A model generated the notes under the pieces. It was not told the origin of the DNA, ran no database searches, and saw only the letters and a program-made list of their open reading frames with translations. The position numbers and the translations under genes are program-made. Source: Octopus sinensis (taxonomy: Eukaryota). From it: a stretch of DNA of 64,000 nucleotides. Location: assembly GCF_006345805.1 (NCBI RefSeq), contig NC_042999.1:87234001-87298000 (forward strand), read 5' to 3'. Shown here piece after piece: positions 22,903 through 36,560 of this stretch; position 1 is the first letter of the stretch, and each line of letters starts with the position of its first letter.

Positions 22903-23595
22903 GGCATGGCTGTGTGATAAGAAGCTTGCTTCCCAACCACATGGTTCTGGCAAGTGTCTTCTATAGCCTTAGGCCTACCAAGGCCTTGTGAGTGGATTTT
23001 GTTGGCAGAAACTGAAAGATGCCTGTTGTATATATTCTGTTATCTTTTTCTTTTGTTTCAGTCATTTGACTGCAGCCATGCTGGAGCACCACCTTTAGTC
23101 GAACAAATCAACCCTAGGACTTATTCTTTGTAAGCTTAGTACTTATTCTATCGTTCTCTTTTGCCGAACTGCTAAGTTACAGGGACATAAGCACACCAAC
23201 ATCGGTTGTCAAGCGATGGTGGGGGACAAACACAAGACACTCAAATACATATATATATGCACAAATACATACATACATATTTAGACAGAGGCTATAGTAG
23301 AAGACACTTGCCCAAGGTGCCACCCGGAACCATGTGGTTGGGAAGCAAGCTTCTTACCACACAGCCACTTATGCATATGTATATGTCAGTGTTTATCCCC
23401 ATCCTCACTGCTTTACAAATGGTGTTGGTATGTTTACATCCCTGTAACTTAGTGGTTTGGAAAAAAAAGACTGATAGAATAAGTACTCGGCTTTAAAAAA
23501 AAGTCCTGGGGTTGATTTATTCGACTAATACACTTCACGGTGGTGCCCCAGCATGGCCACAGTCAAATGACTAAAACAAGTAAAAGATAAAAGAT
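22903..23595. mobile_element. Nested family B SINEs: a + copy (head 22903-23030, tail 23375-23595) interrupted by a - copy (23043-23370)
   Basis: Head, core and tail segments match 21257-21790 in the stated orientations. Confidence 0.75.
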
Positions 23596-23599
23596 ATCT

Positions 23600-25690
23600 T
23601 AGGCAAGTATACCAGCAAACACCAAAATTGGTTTTGATGAAAATAATGGAAATGATGGTTGGATCTGCACATTGAGACAGGCAAGAAACTAAGTGCATCT
23701 AGATCTCCTAAACTCCAGAATTACTCTTTCAAAAATGGAAGCTCACAGCTCTGCAAAAGACCACAGGAGAGATGAAGTCAAACTGGTAAGAGCAAAAGTC
23801 AGTAGAACTGCAAACTGACATAGATTTAAAGAACTTAAAAGGTCATCAGGGATTGAAGAAAGTATGGAGTCCTAAAACCAATAGACTAACACAATCTTAG
23901 ATCAGCTGATAGAAAACAACTTGACTGAAAGCTTAAAAATTATCCCTCGTTGAACTGAGCACTTTAGCATGCTGCACAAGAGCCCTTCAGTCGTTTTCCA
24001 AATTGTACTCCAGAGGTTCTGGAAAATCCCAACTGCTAATTGAATGGATGAAGAACCTGGTTACTCAGAATTTCACAGGTCCTAAATTCCTTAAAAAATG
24101 GTAGAATACCTGGAGTTGATAAATTATCTGGTGAGCTTTTTAAATATGCTGAAGAAAGACCAAATCATCTCTGGAAATTAATGACTAAAGTATGGTGAAA
24201 AATGAGATCCCACTGGAAGGATGCTAAAATTTAAGAAAGGAGATAGGACTGATTGTAGGAACTATTGAGCAATTTCTCTATTTTCAGCTACAGGAATGGT
24301 GTTTGCCAGAATACTCTTGAACAGACTTAACAGCTACATATCCTTGGAAATCCTCCCTGAAGCAATATAGATACAGAGATGGGTGAGATACTATTAGCAT
24401 GATCTACAGACTTTGCCAAATTGAAGGAAAATGCAGGAACAGAATTTATCAACGTTTGTTATCTTCGTTGATTCTAAGAAAACATTTGATTCAATGAACA
24501 GAAAAAGATTATTACAGGCTTTAAATCACTGTGGGTGTCTTGAGAAGTTCATTGAGCTTGTGAACAGTTTTCATCAAAATATTATTGCTAGTACCAGCAT
24601 GAGCAGTGAACTCTGGTCCATTTGAAGTTATAAATGGCATTATGCAGGGTTGTATATTGGCCCCTGCTCCCTTCAGTATATTTCCCTTTGCAGTTAGTGA
24701 GATGCATTTTATTATATAGAGAAGGCTGTAACAGTATTAACAAGACATTGTACTAACCTATTTGATTTGTCCAAACTGAAACCAAAGTCAAACACAAAAC
24801 ACTATCATTCTTCAACTGATCTTTGTGGATGACACTGTCATTGTAGCACACACACATGCAGACATGGAAGAAATTATTTCTGCATTTGTTGAGTCTGAGT
24901 GTGATTGTGGCCTACAAATAAATTTGAAACAGATTGAGGTACTTTTCCAGCTATCACCACTGTCAAATATGAGAGCTGACAATAATGCAATGAATGGAAG
25001 CATAGTAATTACCATCATTTGTTTTACTTGTTTTGGCAGCATTGTGCTGGGTGGTAAACCTGCCCAGTGCTGGTGCCACGTAAAAAGCATCCAGTTCACA
25101 CTGTAAAGTGGTTAATATTTGGCAGGGCATGTAAAACTATCGTCACCTGTGCTAGTGCCACGTAAAAAGCACTGAGTCCACTCTGCTGAGTAGTTGGTGT
25201 TAGGAAGGGCACCCAGCTGTAAAAATCCTGCCAAAAGAGACAGAGTAGTATAGGGTAGTTTTTCTATCTGGTCAGCTCCTGTGAACCGCCCTACCCATGC
25301 ATGCATGAAAAATGATGATGATGATGAATGAAAACCAAAATTGTGTTGTTAAAGCTTCATCTGTGTTTGGATGCCTTACGGAGTGAGTATGGAAAAACCT
25401 TACCACCTGAAGCATAAAGACTTTATAAAACACAAGTCAAGAGGATTAGTACCTTTGTCATCTGACATCTATCATGAACATCAAATAGTTGCAACATATC
25501 TCAAACTCTGAAATCTTCAAGAAGGCTGGCTTACTATGCATAACATCACATATCGGTGCAGAGATATTTCTGTTGGACTCCCAAAGAAAGTCTTGTTCTC
25601 ACAATTACAGATGGCTATCAACCCGTATTGGGATTCAAGGACACTGTCAAGCAGAACCTAAAAGATAACTACATCCCCACTGACATGTAG
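23600..25690 (+). mobile_element. Degenerate RTE (BovB-like) LINE RT remnant, interrupted by family A at 25055-25328
   Basis: PGVDKLSGELFKY, KKGDRTDCRNY*AISL, FVDSKKTFDSMNR, GIMQGCILAP, FVDDTVIVA and LPKKVLFSQL motifs, with many stops and frameshifts. Confidence 0.8.
25055..25328 (+). mobile_element. Family A copy inserted in the RTE remnant
   Basis: TGCCACGTAAAAAGCA units, TAGGAAGGGCACCCAGCTG core, (GAT)n tail. Confidence 0.75.
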
Positions 25691-25908
25691 TACTCACACA
25701 CACACATATGTAGTCAATTCAAATAAAAGGAATAATGGACAACAAGACAACATGCACAAGGAATGTTTTAGCTTGATGTTCAGTGAAAAGAGAATTTGAC
25801 GTTTTGTGCATAGCTCTTCATCGAAAAGGAGAAAGGGAAAAGTCCAAAGAAAGAAAAGAAATCACTAACAGCATTTGTGTAGTTACAGTGTATGTATATA
25901 TGTATATA

Positions 25909-25954
<46 letters not shown>

Positions 25955-25976
25955 GTAAATGTGGATGTGTGTGTGT

Positions 25977-26013
<37 letters not shown>

Positions 26014-26777
26014 GTGCAGTGGAAGCAGTATTAGATTAAAATAACCATCTATGTATCATAGTTAATATTGATACATTGTTGAGGGAAGTTACTACTGTAT
26101 TTGTCCAGAGGTAACATCTTTTATGGATGCACTGTCTTTAAAATTGCGGTATATATATATATATATATATATTAGGAGGAGGTAAAAAAATCATCCTTAT
26201 AGCCAGCCACATACCTGCATGCGATTTGTCATCTCTCTCTCTCCATATATATATGTATATATATAGGAAACTGAATAAAACATGCACTGATATTGTGAAT
26301 AGCTGTCTGGCTGAATAAAGATCTCTTATCTGCAGTAGAAGCAGCATTCGATTATGATAGCATCTATGTATCATGCTTAATATAAATACATTGTTGAAAG
26401 GCAAGCTAGTGCAGCATTCATAGAGATGTAATATCTCTTCTGGATATGCTGTATTTAAAAACACAATATATATCAGATGGAGACAAAAATCACATGAGAT
26501 TACCTATTGAAGCTTTAAACAACTCAGCAGTTTTACTGACTGGAACTCCACGATTCGACAATATGTCCTCATTGGAAATCAGAAAGGTCATACATTTTAA
26601 ATTATTTAAATATGCATATCTGCAAAAAAATGAAACACAATGTACATGAACACACAGACTCAAGAAAACACATGTATAGAACAATTTTGACTTGGTTATA
26701 ATACCAAGAGAAAAAAAAAGCCTGTGTACACACAGACACACATGCACACACACAAATATATATAGGTGTACACACAT

Positions 26778-26960
26778 GACCATCATCATAATTTTTATGT
26801 CTGTTCTTCATATTGGCCTAAGTTGGATGGGTAACCAGAATCCAACAAGAAGGAAAACCATGTTTTATGTCAGTACCTTAGCTTTAGCATGGTGTCTGTA
26901 GCTGGATATGTTTTTTTAATGCCAACCTTTTTACATGGTTTATTGGGTCCTTTTTCCCAT
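26778..26960 (-). mobile_element. Family A-related copy (old)
   Basis: CATCATCAT...GTAGCTGGATATG...TAATGCCAACC on the + strand. Confidence 0.5.
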
Positions 26961-27087
26961 GGCATCAACCCTTATGAGGTGGCTTTATAACTCACAAGAC
27001 AAAAGAGATGTTATGACTGAGAAGGAGACATGTTGAAAGATTAATATATGATGGTAGGAGTAGGAACAGGCTTTGGTGTTACGTAAC

Positions 27088-27490
27088 TGGCACTCATGCT
27101 GGTGACATGTAAGAAACATCTTTTGAGTATGGGGCCTCATGGAGGCAATGTGGTTGAAGCCAGTGTCATGTAAAAAGCACCTTTCAAGAGTTGGGTCTCA
27201 CGGAGGCAATGATAAATGACTGAGATCTTTGGCATTATACTATGCTTGAGAAGAAGACCCATCAAGCCAAGCAAAATTGTAGTCATTGCAGATACTGGTA
27301 TCATGCAAATGACACGTAAAAGCACCCATTACACTCTTGTAGTGGTTGGTATTAGGAGGGACATCCAACTGTAGTAACCATACCAAATCAGACTGGAGTC
27401 TGGTGCAGCCCCTCAGCTTGCCAGCCCTGGTCAAACTGTCTGATTCATGCCTGCATGGACAACAGATGTGAAATGATGATGATGATGATT
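27088..27490 (+). mobile_element. Long family A variant
   Basis: Extended 5' body, then ACACGTAAAAGCACCCATTACAC core and (GAT)n tail. Confidence 0.75.
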
Positions 27491-28199
27491 CATGGTTACT
27501 ATATTTTTACATGCGTGAATTGGGTGCCTGAATTTGTGCCATAAAGAAAAGTAAATGTGGTGGTGATGAGGTACAAGAATATATCCTAAGTGACATGTCC
27601 AAGAAAGTGATTAGAAGATAGCATGAAGACAAGAAAATCAGTTGGGGTGGGTAAGGTTACCATTGTTTGAAATGAAAGTGGGCAATGGACATAAGTATGG
27701 GAGGGATGTGATGAAATGTATATGAGAGGTGACTATAGTGAATAGTGATCAGGGTTTGGGTGTGATTGCTGGTAAATATGAGTGGGAGATAAGACATTGA
27801 AAAAGCAGCTCATGGGAGAGGGAGTGGTGACTGGCAGTAGAGAAATGGTGATAAATGGTTTGTAGTTACAGGTTCTATTTTCATTACTTACAATAGCAGA
27901 AGGGAGAGTGAGGGAGGGATTGAAAATGGGGAGAAAAGGAATGGGGTTAAAGGTTGCAAGAATAAGAGGTGAAGTGAGAGATGAACAAAACAGGTGGGTG
28001 GCTGATAGTAAAAGTGATGGTAAATAAGGGTTGGGGTAATAGTGGGCTCAGGGTAGGGACCCAGTTGTCTAAGTGGGAGGAAGGGGAAGAGAAGAAATAG
28101 CAGTTGTAGACTTCACAAGGACACTGGTTGAAGGGCCCTGTTGTGTATCATACACATACTTTTTGAACTTACCATGGGGTATGGGGTTTCTTGTCACAC

Positions 28200-29380
28200 A
28201 CTGTGTATTGCCAATCACCTCAGTCCTTTTGTAATCTCTCTGACTTGACATCTTGAGATTAGCCTTCACCATCTCATCCAAAGTCTTCCTAGGTCTCTCT
28301 CTTTTTCAGTTTCTGTCTACTATAAGTGATTGTCACTTTATTATACAACTATCCTCTTCTATATGCATTACTGGCTTTCTTGCATATTACATCTGATTCT
28401 TCGTATGCCCAATTTTTGTCTCACTAGTTTGTAATATACTTCATCATTCATGTACATTGACATTGCATGTCCAGCAGAGTATATTTGTTTCATTTCTTTC
28501 TAGTCTGTGTAGGCCCTTTGCTTTCAAGGTCCACGTCTGATAGTATTGCAGTTTGTACACAGGCATATAATCTGCCTTTCATTCTCAGAGAGAAACTTTT
28601 TGTTACTAACAGAGGTAGTAACTCTGAACTTACTAATCTGTTCTTATTCTGTCTTCTTTTCTTTTAGAACATCCTCAACCACAGCTAATTAGGTCAGTTA
28701 GGAAACAGGAACTATTTACTATCTTTGGGTACCATCCTGAGGAATTGAGAGGATCTATGCACTTTCAATGTTTATTATTCCTGTGCATCTGCCACTTACA
28801 AAATTTACATTTTCTGTCAACCTGCCCATGATTCAACTGTTACTCTTTGTGTGTCCATGGTTTGTGTTGGATACACCGTATGTAATTTCTATCTACTCTT
28901 TTTATAGATATTGAGCAAGTTCATTTTCATGATGGTAGCAGAGACTTGTCTGTTTTCCTCCTTACTAATGCTTCAGTCTTTGCCAAGTTAATTTTGTGAC
29001 TCTTTGATTCCCAGTTTTCCTTCCATGCCTGAAATTTCTTATCCTACTATAAATTTGGATAGAACAAGTTTGTCAGTATAGAGCAGTTTCATTCTAGCAT
29101 TTCCATGCCTGTTTATTTTCAGAAACACTAAATGCAAATGTATTATTATCTATCTGTACATACTTCTCACCTGTAATGTCACAATTCTTTCAGGTGCATT
29201 GCCATGCAGTCCAAAGCTGTTCACTCCTTTGGTTTTCATGTTGTGGAACATTGACAAACCTCCTATGTTCTGCTTTCACCTTTGCTATGTAAACCTACTA
29301 TTTGGTTTCCCTGTATAATTCTCAGCAGTCTTCATTTTCCCATTATGTGCAGGCTGTCATTCTAGCTTTTTAGCAGTTTC
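28200..29380 (-). mobile_element. Degenerate RTE LINE fragment
   Basis: Minus translation LPLLVTKSFSLRMKGRLYACVQTAIL and HRLERNE, resembling the RTE C-terminal region; extent beyond about 28700 is less certain. Confidence 0.65.
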
Positions 29381-29937
29381 CAGATCTACTTTTTATTTAC
29401 CTTTATAGATTGTAGCCACTCTGAAGGTGAGAACTTGAGAAGAAGAATATGTGGATAGCACGCAACTATTTTCTGCACTTGTTCATATATTCAAATGTTT
29501 CCACTCAGTGATTTACTGCTACCGTAAACCACTAATCACCAAACCATTGGGGCCAACAACTTATGAGAAGTGAAAGGAGGTCCATCTAAGCACTACGAAG
29601 TCTTAAAAAACAAATCTAAGTTAATGTCCACTTTTCAGACAGAATACATTGAGGCAGGTTGTCAACCCTCATTTGTTTCCAAGTAAGATATTTCACCTTG
29701 GCCAGACATAAATTCACAAGGGATTAGAAATGCAATGGCATCCCTTGTATGACAGTGATGCTCATTTGCAACTATTACACAGTGTCAATTCAAGGATACA
29801 TTAACAGAAAAAGACACTGTAGGATATGATTTGACAAAGTTTTGTCTGCTATTTCTAGTAGTTACCTGGTAACTTTGCTTGGTATATCCAGCTATTTTGA
29901 ACCACATTTATTTGGACTGCTTTTCTAACATTTTTAA

Positions 29938-30136
29938 CCCTTTAGGTAATGCTTATTTATTCACACTATTTTGAATTGATAATGCATTATCTATTAGCTT
30001 TGAAATTTTTATGTGATTGTTTAATTTTAGAATGACGTTGTTAGGGTAGGTGTTAGAGGCTGGATCTGGTTAGTTTTAACATAAAACAGGTAGAATATCT
30101 GCACTGCAAACAAGGCTGGTTTAAATGTTAGCAGTT
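29938..30136. mobile_element. piggyBac-type MITE copy (right end decayed)
   Basis: TTAA|CCCTTTAG start; body homologous to 30536-30754. Confidence 0.65.
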
Positions 30137-30535
30137 TAAGGAAATCCTCTTCATGCATTGCAATATGTAAATTAACATTTCCTTAACGTAGAACGTCAAA
30201 CAGAATGTCTTGCAGCATTTAGTTGTCACTTTATATTATGAGTTCAAATCTTTTAGTTGACTTTACCTTATATCCTCTTAGGTTGGTATAGGGTTGATAA
30301 AATTTTGTGTCTATGTTAGTAATCTATACTGAAACATAACAGTATTCCAGTTGAAGCTTCTGAATTGACTTCAGTTTCCTATATTCTCATTCTTGATTTA
30401 GTTCTCCAGTCATTAAGCAGAGATGTTCATAGATATTTCAGATGGTATAGAATAGTGGTATCACTATTGTGCATAAGTTGATTTATTCATTTAGATTAAG
30501 CCTTGTTGTTTATCCTGTGTCTCCTGCTTGTTTAA

Positions 30536-30754
30536 CCCTTTAGCATTCAGATTATTCTATCAAACATATTGGTTATTGATTCACATTGATTTGAATTAAT
30601 CATGCATTATCCCATATATTCATGATCTTGATGGTGTAATTACTTAATGTAGAATAACATTGTAGGGTAGGTGTGAGAGCCTGGATCTGGTCAGTTTGAA
30701 CATAAAACAAATTAAATATTTTGGCCGGATATGGCCGGTTTAAATACTAAAGGG
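30536..30754. mobile_element. piggyBac-type MITE (219 bp)
   Basis: TTAA|CCCTTTAGCATT ... AATACTAAAGGG|TTAA: TIRs starting with CCC and TTAA TSDs on both sides. Confidence 0.85.
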
Positions 30755-31689
30755 TTAATGCTATGGGATCTGGCAGATATCCTTTACTTATTAAGGAAAG
30801 TATATAAAGCTTTTAGGTTCAGCCACGCCACAATACATAAGAACTGTCTTGGTGTTAATTCATTCTGATTATCATCTGTAATTGAAGATGGATCAAAGTC
30901 AAATGGTGTTTATAGATATTCACGGTTCATTGTTAATCCTTTCTTGGCTACTGAGAACAGTGGAGCTGGTGTTCAATTCCAAGTTACTATAACATTAGTT
31001 AGACAAGTGATGAATTTCCTTCAGGACAAGATATTGCACAATCACAGATTACTTTTCATACAGGAGAAATTGAACTCTGCAACAAGGCTGTTGTTACAGC
31101 ATTAAACTCTAACTAATGTGGTTGTTCAACCTGATAGAAATTGCAGCCCTCAAAAGACACTCTTTCATTTTAAATGAAGAAAAACTGGGTTATGTTTGAT
31201 ATTAAAAAAAATGACGAGAGAGCTATGGTTGGAATGCCTTTGATCACATGGCACATGTGCCAGAGCTGACCTAGGTCTAAACATCACTTAAAGCAAACAC
31301 CCACAATCATTGCTTAGAGCTGTATGGACCTCAATCAGGATTTCTAACCATATGTTTTCAGTTGTTTAATCAACTGTACTTCCATCCTCATTGAATTAGC
31401 ATGTAAGTGATTGAGAGTTTTCAGATGTCTAGAAATTAGTGTGATAAAGTGTAGCAGGGCTAGATCCTTTGAATTAAGATACAATCCATCTGATGAGCTT
31501 TCACTCAAATTCTGTCTACTTGCTTTCACTCACAAGTCATGGTTTGACCCAAGGCTATAATACACAATGGAATTGAACCCTGGACCTTATGTTTGAGAAG
31601 TGAACTTTTTAACCTTTTGGCTGTACTATGTCTACTATTGCAGTGTTAGTGTCAGGATATTAACTGCCACCTCTAACCTGATTGTCTTG

Positions 31690-32370
31690 GTACTTATATG
31701 GCTATCCCCACTTTCGGAAAGGATATTTCTTGACTTCCTATGAAAATAATCCAACTCTTTTCTTTAGAATAATAGTCTTTTGAAATGGAGCTGGGTTTTT
31801 TTGTCAGGAATGATGAAAGAATGATGTGAATTCTCAATGTTGTTCTAAGAATGAAGATGATGAAGTGAGGATTAAGTTTATTCATAATCTGCAGTATAAG
31901 ACTGGATTATTTTATCTTTATCTTCTTTCTTGCCATTTTGCAAAGCTACATACTTAGACATGTAATCTTATAAATTTGAAAATTGCAAATATTTTTGGGT
32001 TGCTTTTTTAAAATTTGTTATATTATCTTCTTTATATATTCATTCATTTGTATGTCAAGGCTTTCTTTGTAAAGAACTTCTTCACTGTAAAAGTTTTTCA
32101 TCATGCTGTTTGTTTAGTTTATTTCATAGTCAGTTTATCCTACCTAGACTATTGTTGTTATATCTTCCTATGAGGTTTGGTAACATTAAGTAGTGGTTAG
32201 CTAATGTAGGAGTTATATCTATCATACCAATCTTTGGATGGATCTGTCTAGTTTCTCCTCTTATTTATATTGCAGATTGTTATGAATAAACTCAATCCTC
32301 ACTTCATCATCTTCATTTTTAGAACAACATTGAGAATTCACATCATTCCTGACAAAAAACTCCAGATAAC
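31690..32370 (-). mobile_element. Highly degenerate PLE-like RT fragment with an inverted partial duplication
   Basis: Minus translation ETRQIHPKIGM..PTLAN and MNKLNPHF resemble PLE RT motifs; 31793-31900 is inverted at 32265-32365. Confidence 0.45.
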
Positions 32371-34249
32371 TTTTACATGCAGCAGTTCTGCTTCTGGGGA
32401 AAATATTAAAAGCAGTTTGTGACCATAGATATATTAGCAAACAGGGTTCTATTTTGTGTGAGTACCTAATTGTAACTATGATTCTAAACCAGATCAAGGC
32501 AAAATATAGAGCTTTACTTGCAAAATCAAAAGGTCCTGATCAAGGAAAGGAACTACAAGACCATTTGTGATCTGTTTTCTCAAATTGTATTCTCTCTCAT
32601 TCACAACATTACCTTAACTGCCTATCAATAGGATGATGTCTAATCACATCATGTGGTGTCATGAGTTGGGATGTGAATTGGATTTAAGTGAGGGAGAGTT
32701 GCCTAAAACCAGCTTCACTTTTCATTCAGGCTTGCCTTGATCCTGTGGCAAGATGATGTCAAGATAGTTGGAGGCATATTTAGATGAGGTGGATGACCAA
32801 GACTTCGAGAGTGTCTTGTCCTTTTAGCATTCTACAGTGCTTGTTAAAATCATCTGTTTGACTGTTGGACTCATTGTTGCTTTTGCCTTCTTAGTCTGCT
32901 GGAATTAGTTTTCATATTCAAGAGTAAACACATTCTATCTCACCAAGGGTTTGAGACCTGAATGACTACTCTCATATAGTTTTGTCAAAGCAATTTACTG
33001 GGATGAAGCTGTTCCTTGTGCTGCAGTTCCTTTGAGTCACAGGTGAGAACCTGATGCCTCTCAGAGATCAAAGTAAATAGCTTATTCATAAAGGAACTAG
33101 CCATCTCTTCCAACAGAGATGCTGTCTTTCTCTGAAAACACTACATCTCCACAATATTTAGTATATTTACAATAACTGCCTAAAGTATGTCCTATATTAG
33201 ATTATAAGTATATTTATCTCTAGTTTCACATTTACATGCTTATGTTATCCATTTCATTCATGTATGTCTATAAGCTTGAATACATATGGGCAAGTATATA
33301 TATTTATATATGCTTTAAGAAACTTATATTGATACAATATTGTGTATAGTTTTTGCAGAAGTGAAGATATAACTGGCTGCTTCAAGTATACTCCATATGA
33401 TTTGCATATTCAAAAACATGTAACTAACCTAAGTAGAGCAGGCAATGTAAGAATGTTAGTGACATTGCCCTATTTGGTTTTAGTTAGTGTATCAATGATT
33501 ATAGCATGCATATATGTGTGTTCTTGTACATATGTATTCACATCTATATGAGTCTATATAGACGTAGGTATAAATGATGTGTATTTGAGTGTATATATAT
33601 GTATGCAAAGTTGTAAATGAACATGCAACTTTTGAAAAAATATCTGCAATATCTTGCTCCAATAGTTTCATTAAATTCCTGAAGCCATACTACTACTATT
33701 ACTGCTGCTGTTTTCCTCTACCAACTATAAAATCATTAATAAGAGCGTCTGTTAATTACAGACTTCAACAGCTTGAACTTGGGCAGGTCAATTCCTGGAA
33801 GAAAAATTTATGTAAGGTAGAGTAAACTACAAAATTGCATTTCCTCTAAGAAAGTATTTGGTAAAATTTAACTGGGAATATTGGTCTTGGCTCATAGGCT
33901 TAACTAGTGAGATCAATGCATCTGATGTTTTACAAGCCAATGTGCGCAAGGAAATCATGAACAGTATGTGCCACAGTGTTGCAGTTCTTGCATGGAAACA
34001 TTTAGCTAAGTATTTAGTATGTAGTCTAGGAAAGGACAAGACACAACGGAGAAGAGAGGTGGGTGATATACTTCTAGGTAATTGAGATGAACAGAAACTT
34101 AGACTAGCAACAATTTGGTTTGTGGTTTAGTGTGTTAGTCATTAATGGTCTTCCTATCTGTAAGATGGTTTATTATTTTTTTAATACCCCCTAGAATGTT
34201 TTGTGTGCAGTAGCTGTACTATCTCAGCATTTTGAAGTAATTTAATTGG

Positions 34250-36560
34250 ATGAGAAGGAGGTGCTCTTAACCCTTACAGGCTCTCTCATGCTGATGAGAT
34301 TAGTTTCTTTGAATTTTTGTTGATTGATACCTGTAAGGAGGGAAAGACAGCTGTAGTTACGAGGAGAATGAGTGAGTTTAAATGTTTAGTTTGGAGTGAT
34401 ATGATATGTATGAGAAGAAGCAGGTGAATAGCATGTTGAGTCTTGCCAGTCAGCTAGATGGCCTGGTTTTGAATGTAGTTTCCAATATCTGTGTTTGTGT
34501 GTACCGCAGTAGCACTGTTCTGTTTATGTGAGTATTTCAATGTGGTTCTTGATATTGTTGATCAGAGTTGAAGTATTTTCTGGCTTTGGAGAGTGATTTT
34601 AGGGGTGCTGTCGTGATTGTATTATAAATGTGCATCCTCTGTGAAAGATCTGAGATTGTGAGGCCTAGCATTTGTAGTGGGTTTAGTTGTATGTTGTTCA
34701 TATGTAGAAAGAGTTTAGTGCATGTAATAATTGTGTCATGGGATTAGTGTCACATCCTCCTTTCTTCATAGAAGCAGTAAATATTCAATGGGAGGTCACA
34801 GTTTCATTGAATAATTCCTATTGCAGTAAGGAGTGAAACGATGTGGCTAGACGTAACAAATAGATCATTTATATACAAAAAACTGTGTCAGTACTTAACC
34901 TTGAGGTCCCCTAGAACTGGCAGAATGTCGATCAGTGAATGCTCTGTTAATACATGTTGAGGAGACGGAATGGTTTGACATGAAACACCCTATTCAAAAA
35001 AGGAGACACAGACAATAAGTGGGAAGTTTTGCAAGGGGATTCTCATTTGCAGATGCAATCAAAGGCTTTGCTTATGTCAAAAGCATCAACATTGTTTTTT
35101 ATCAAGAGCAAAAGACTATCAGTATGTGCTATAGAACACAAAACTCCATTAAACTAGCTTTAGAGAAACTGATTGTCACTGAGAAAGTGGAGATATTGGA
35201 AATGAGGGGGACATAATGATTGTTGGCAGGGCCAGGGAGGTTGTGCTTCTTGGAAAAACAACTGTTATGCATTTCCATAGATCTGGTTATCTGTTGGGAG
35301 ACAAATACTGAAGGTTCTTGCAAGAATAGGAACTAGCTCTGGAACACACTGAAGGTAATGGAATGGATACCATTTTGACTAATTTTTTTAGATTGGAGAA
35401 ACAGAAAAAAATTTTAACACTTGGCAACTATATGTAATATGTATGAAGTGTAGATAGAAAATTTTGGGAAACTTTTGTAGAGTCTTTTGTAGAAGGAATT
35501 GGAAAACATGCAGCACACGCAGGCCTTTTGTCTGCAGGAATTCTGTTTGTAGAGCCATCTGTTTGAAGAGTGTTGGGTGGTGGATAGGCGAATTCTGTTA
35601 AATTGGGAAATCTCTGCTACATTAGTCCAGATTCTTTTGGCAAATGACCTGGATGCTTGGTTACTATTTCAGTAGTGTGGTGGCTTACATGCTGTAAGGT
35701 GTTCAAAGACATCCTTTGCTTTTTTTAATGGTTGTCATGTTGGTGTTGTGGTAGATGAACACTGCCAAGTTGGTTAATGCAAATGGATTTCTGCTGGTGT
35801 TGTAGATAATATTTCTTACCTGTACAGTGACCGAACATTTATGAGCAAGCCTTTGTTCATGAGATTGATTATTCATTTGCTTTCCCCTGCATCCAGAGTG
35901 TTGGGGGGGGGGTAGTCATTGGTTTTGTAACTGATATAAAACAAGATGTGTAAAAGTATGGTAATAATGGATTGTTGTGAGGTAGGTTACCTTGATTAGA
36001 CAGTAATCAGATAATCTGATAGGTGCAGAGGCAGTGATGTTTGTGTTTCAGTTGTGCTTGTAGCTAAAAATGAATTCAAGATGTTTATAGAGTTAGTGTT
36101 TCAGTTAAGGATATGGGTAGATGAAGAGACTAACTAGAGTTGGTAGTTCAGCATAGCAAATAGCTTGGCCTCTGTGACAGCAATGTTAGTGAAGCAAGGG
36201 CATAAAAACCAAGATGTATGTAATGAAATCATCAAGAAGATGACTTCTGAGAGAGTTCAGTTGAGATAGATGTCATCAACATTAGGATGAGAGGTAGTCA
36301 AGCCAATTACTGGTGTATGGAGAAGATTAGAAATTGGTGGGACAGTATTGAGCTTAGTGGGATGGTGGGGAGTCTGATTTTTTTTTTCTTTTGTGTCTTA
36401 TTAACTTAAAGTTGCTAATGTATAACTCAGAAAAGTTACTAATTGGGTGAGTAAATTCTAAGTGTAGCTGGTGTTGAGCTAGTAGTTGGAATACAGGGTT
36501 ATAGTCTTCTATAGCAGAAGAGTATAGGTGAACTACAAGTACTACTCTAAAGTAGGTCAC
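34250..36560 (-). mobile_element. Ancient CR1/L2-group LINE remnant
   Basis: Minus strand FDISKAFD at 35058-35081, decayed G.PQG*VL near 34890-34915, and an APE-like IFLDDF segment near 36230-36260. Confidence 0.6.
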
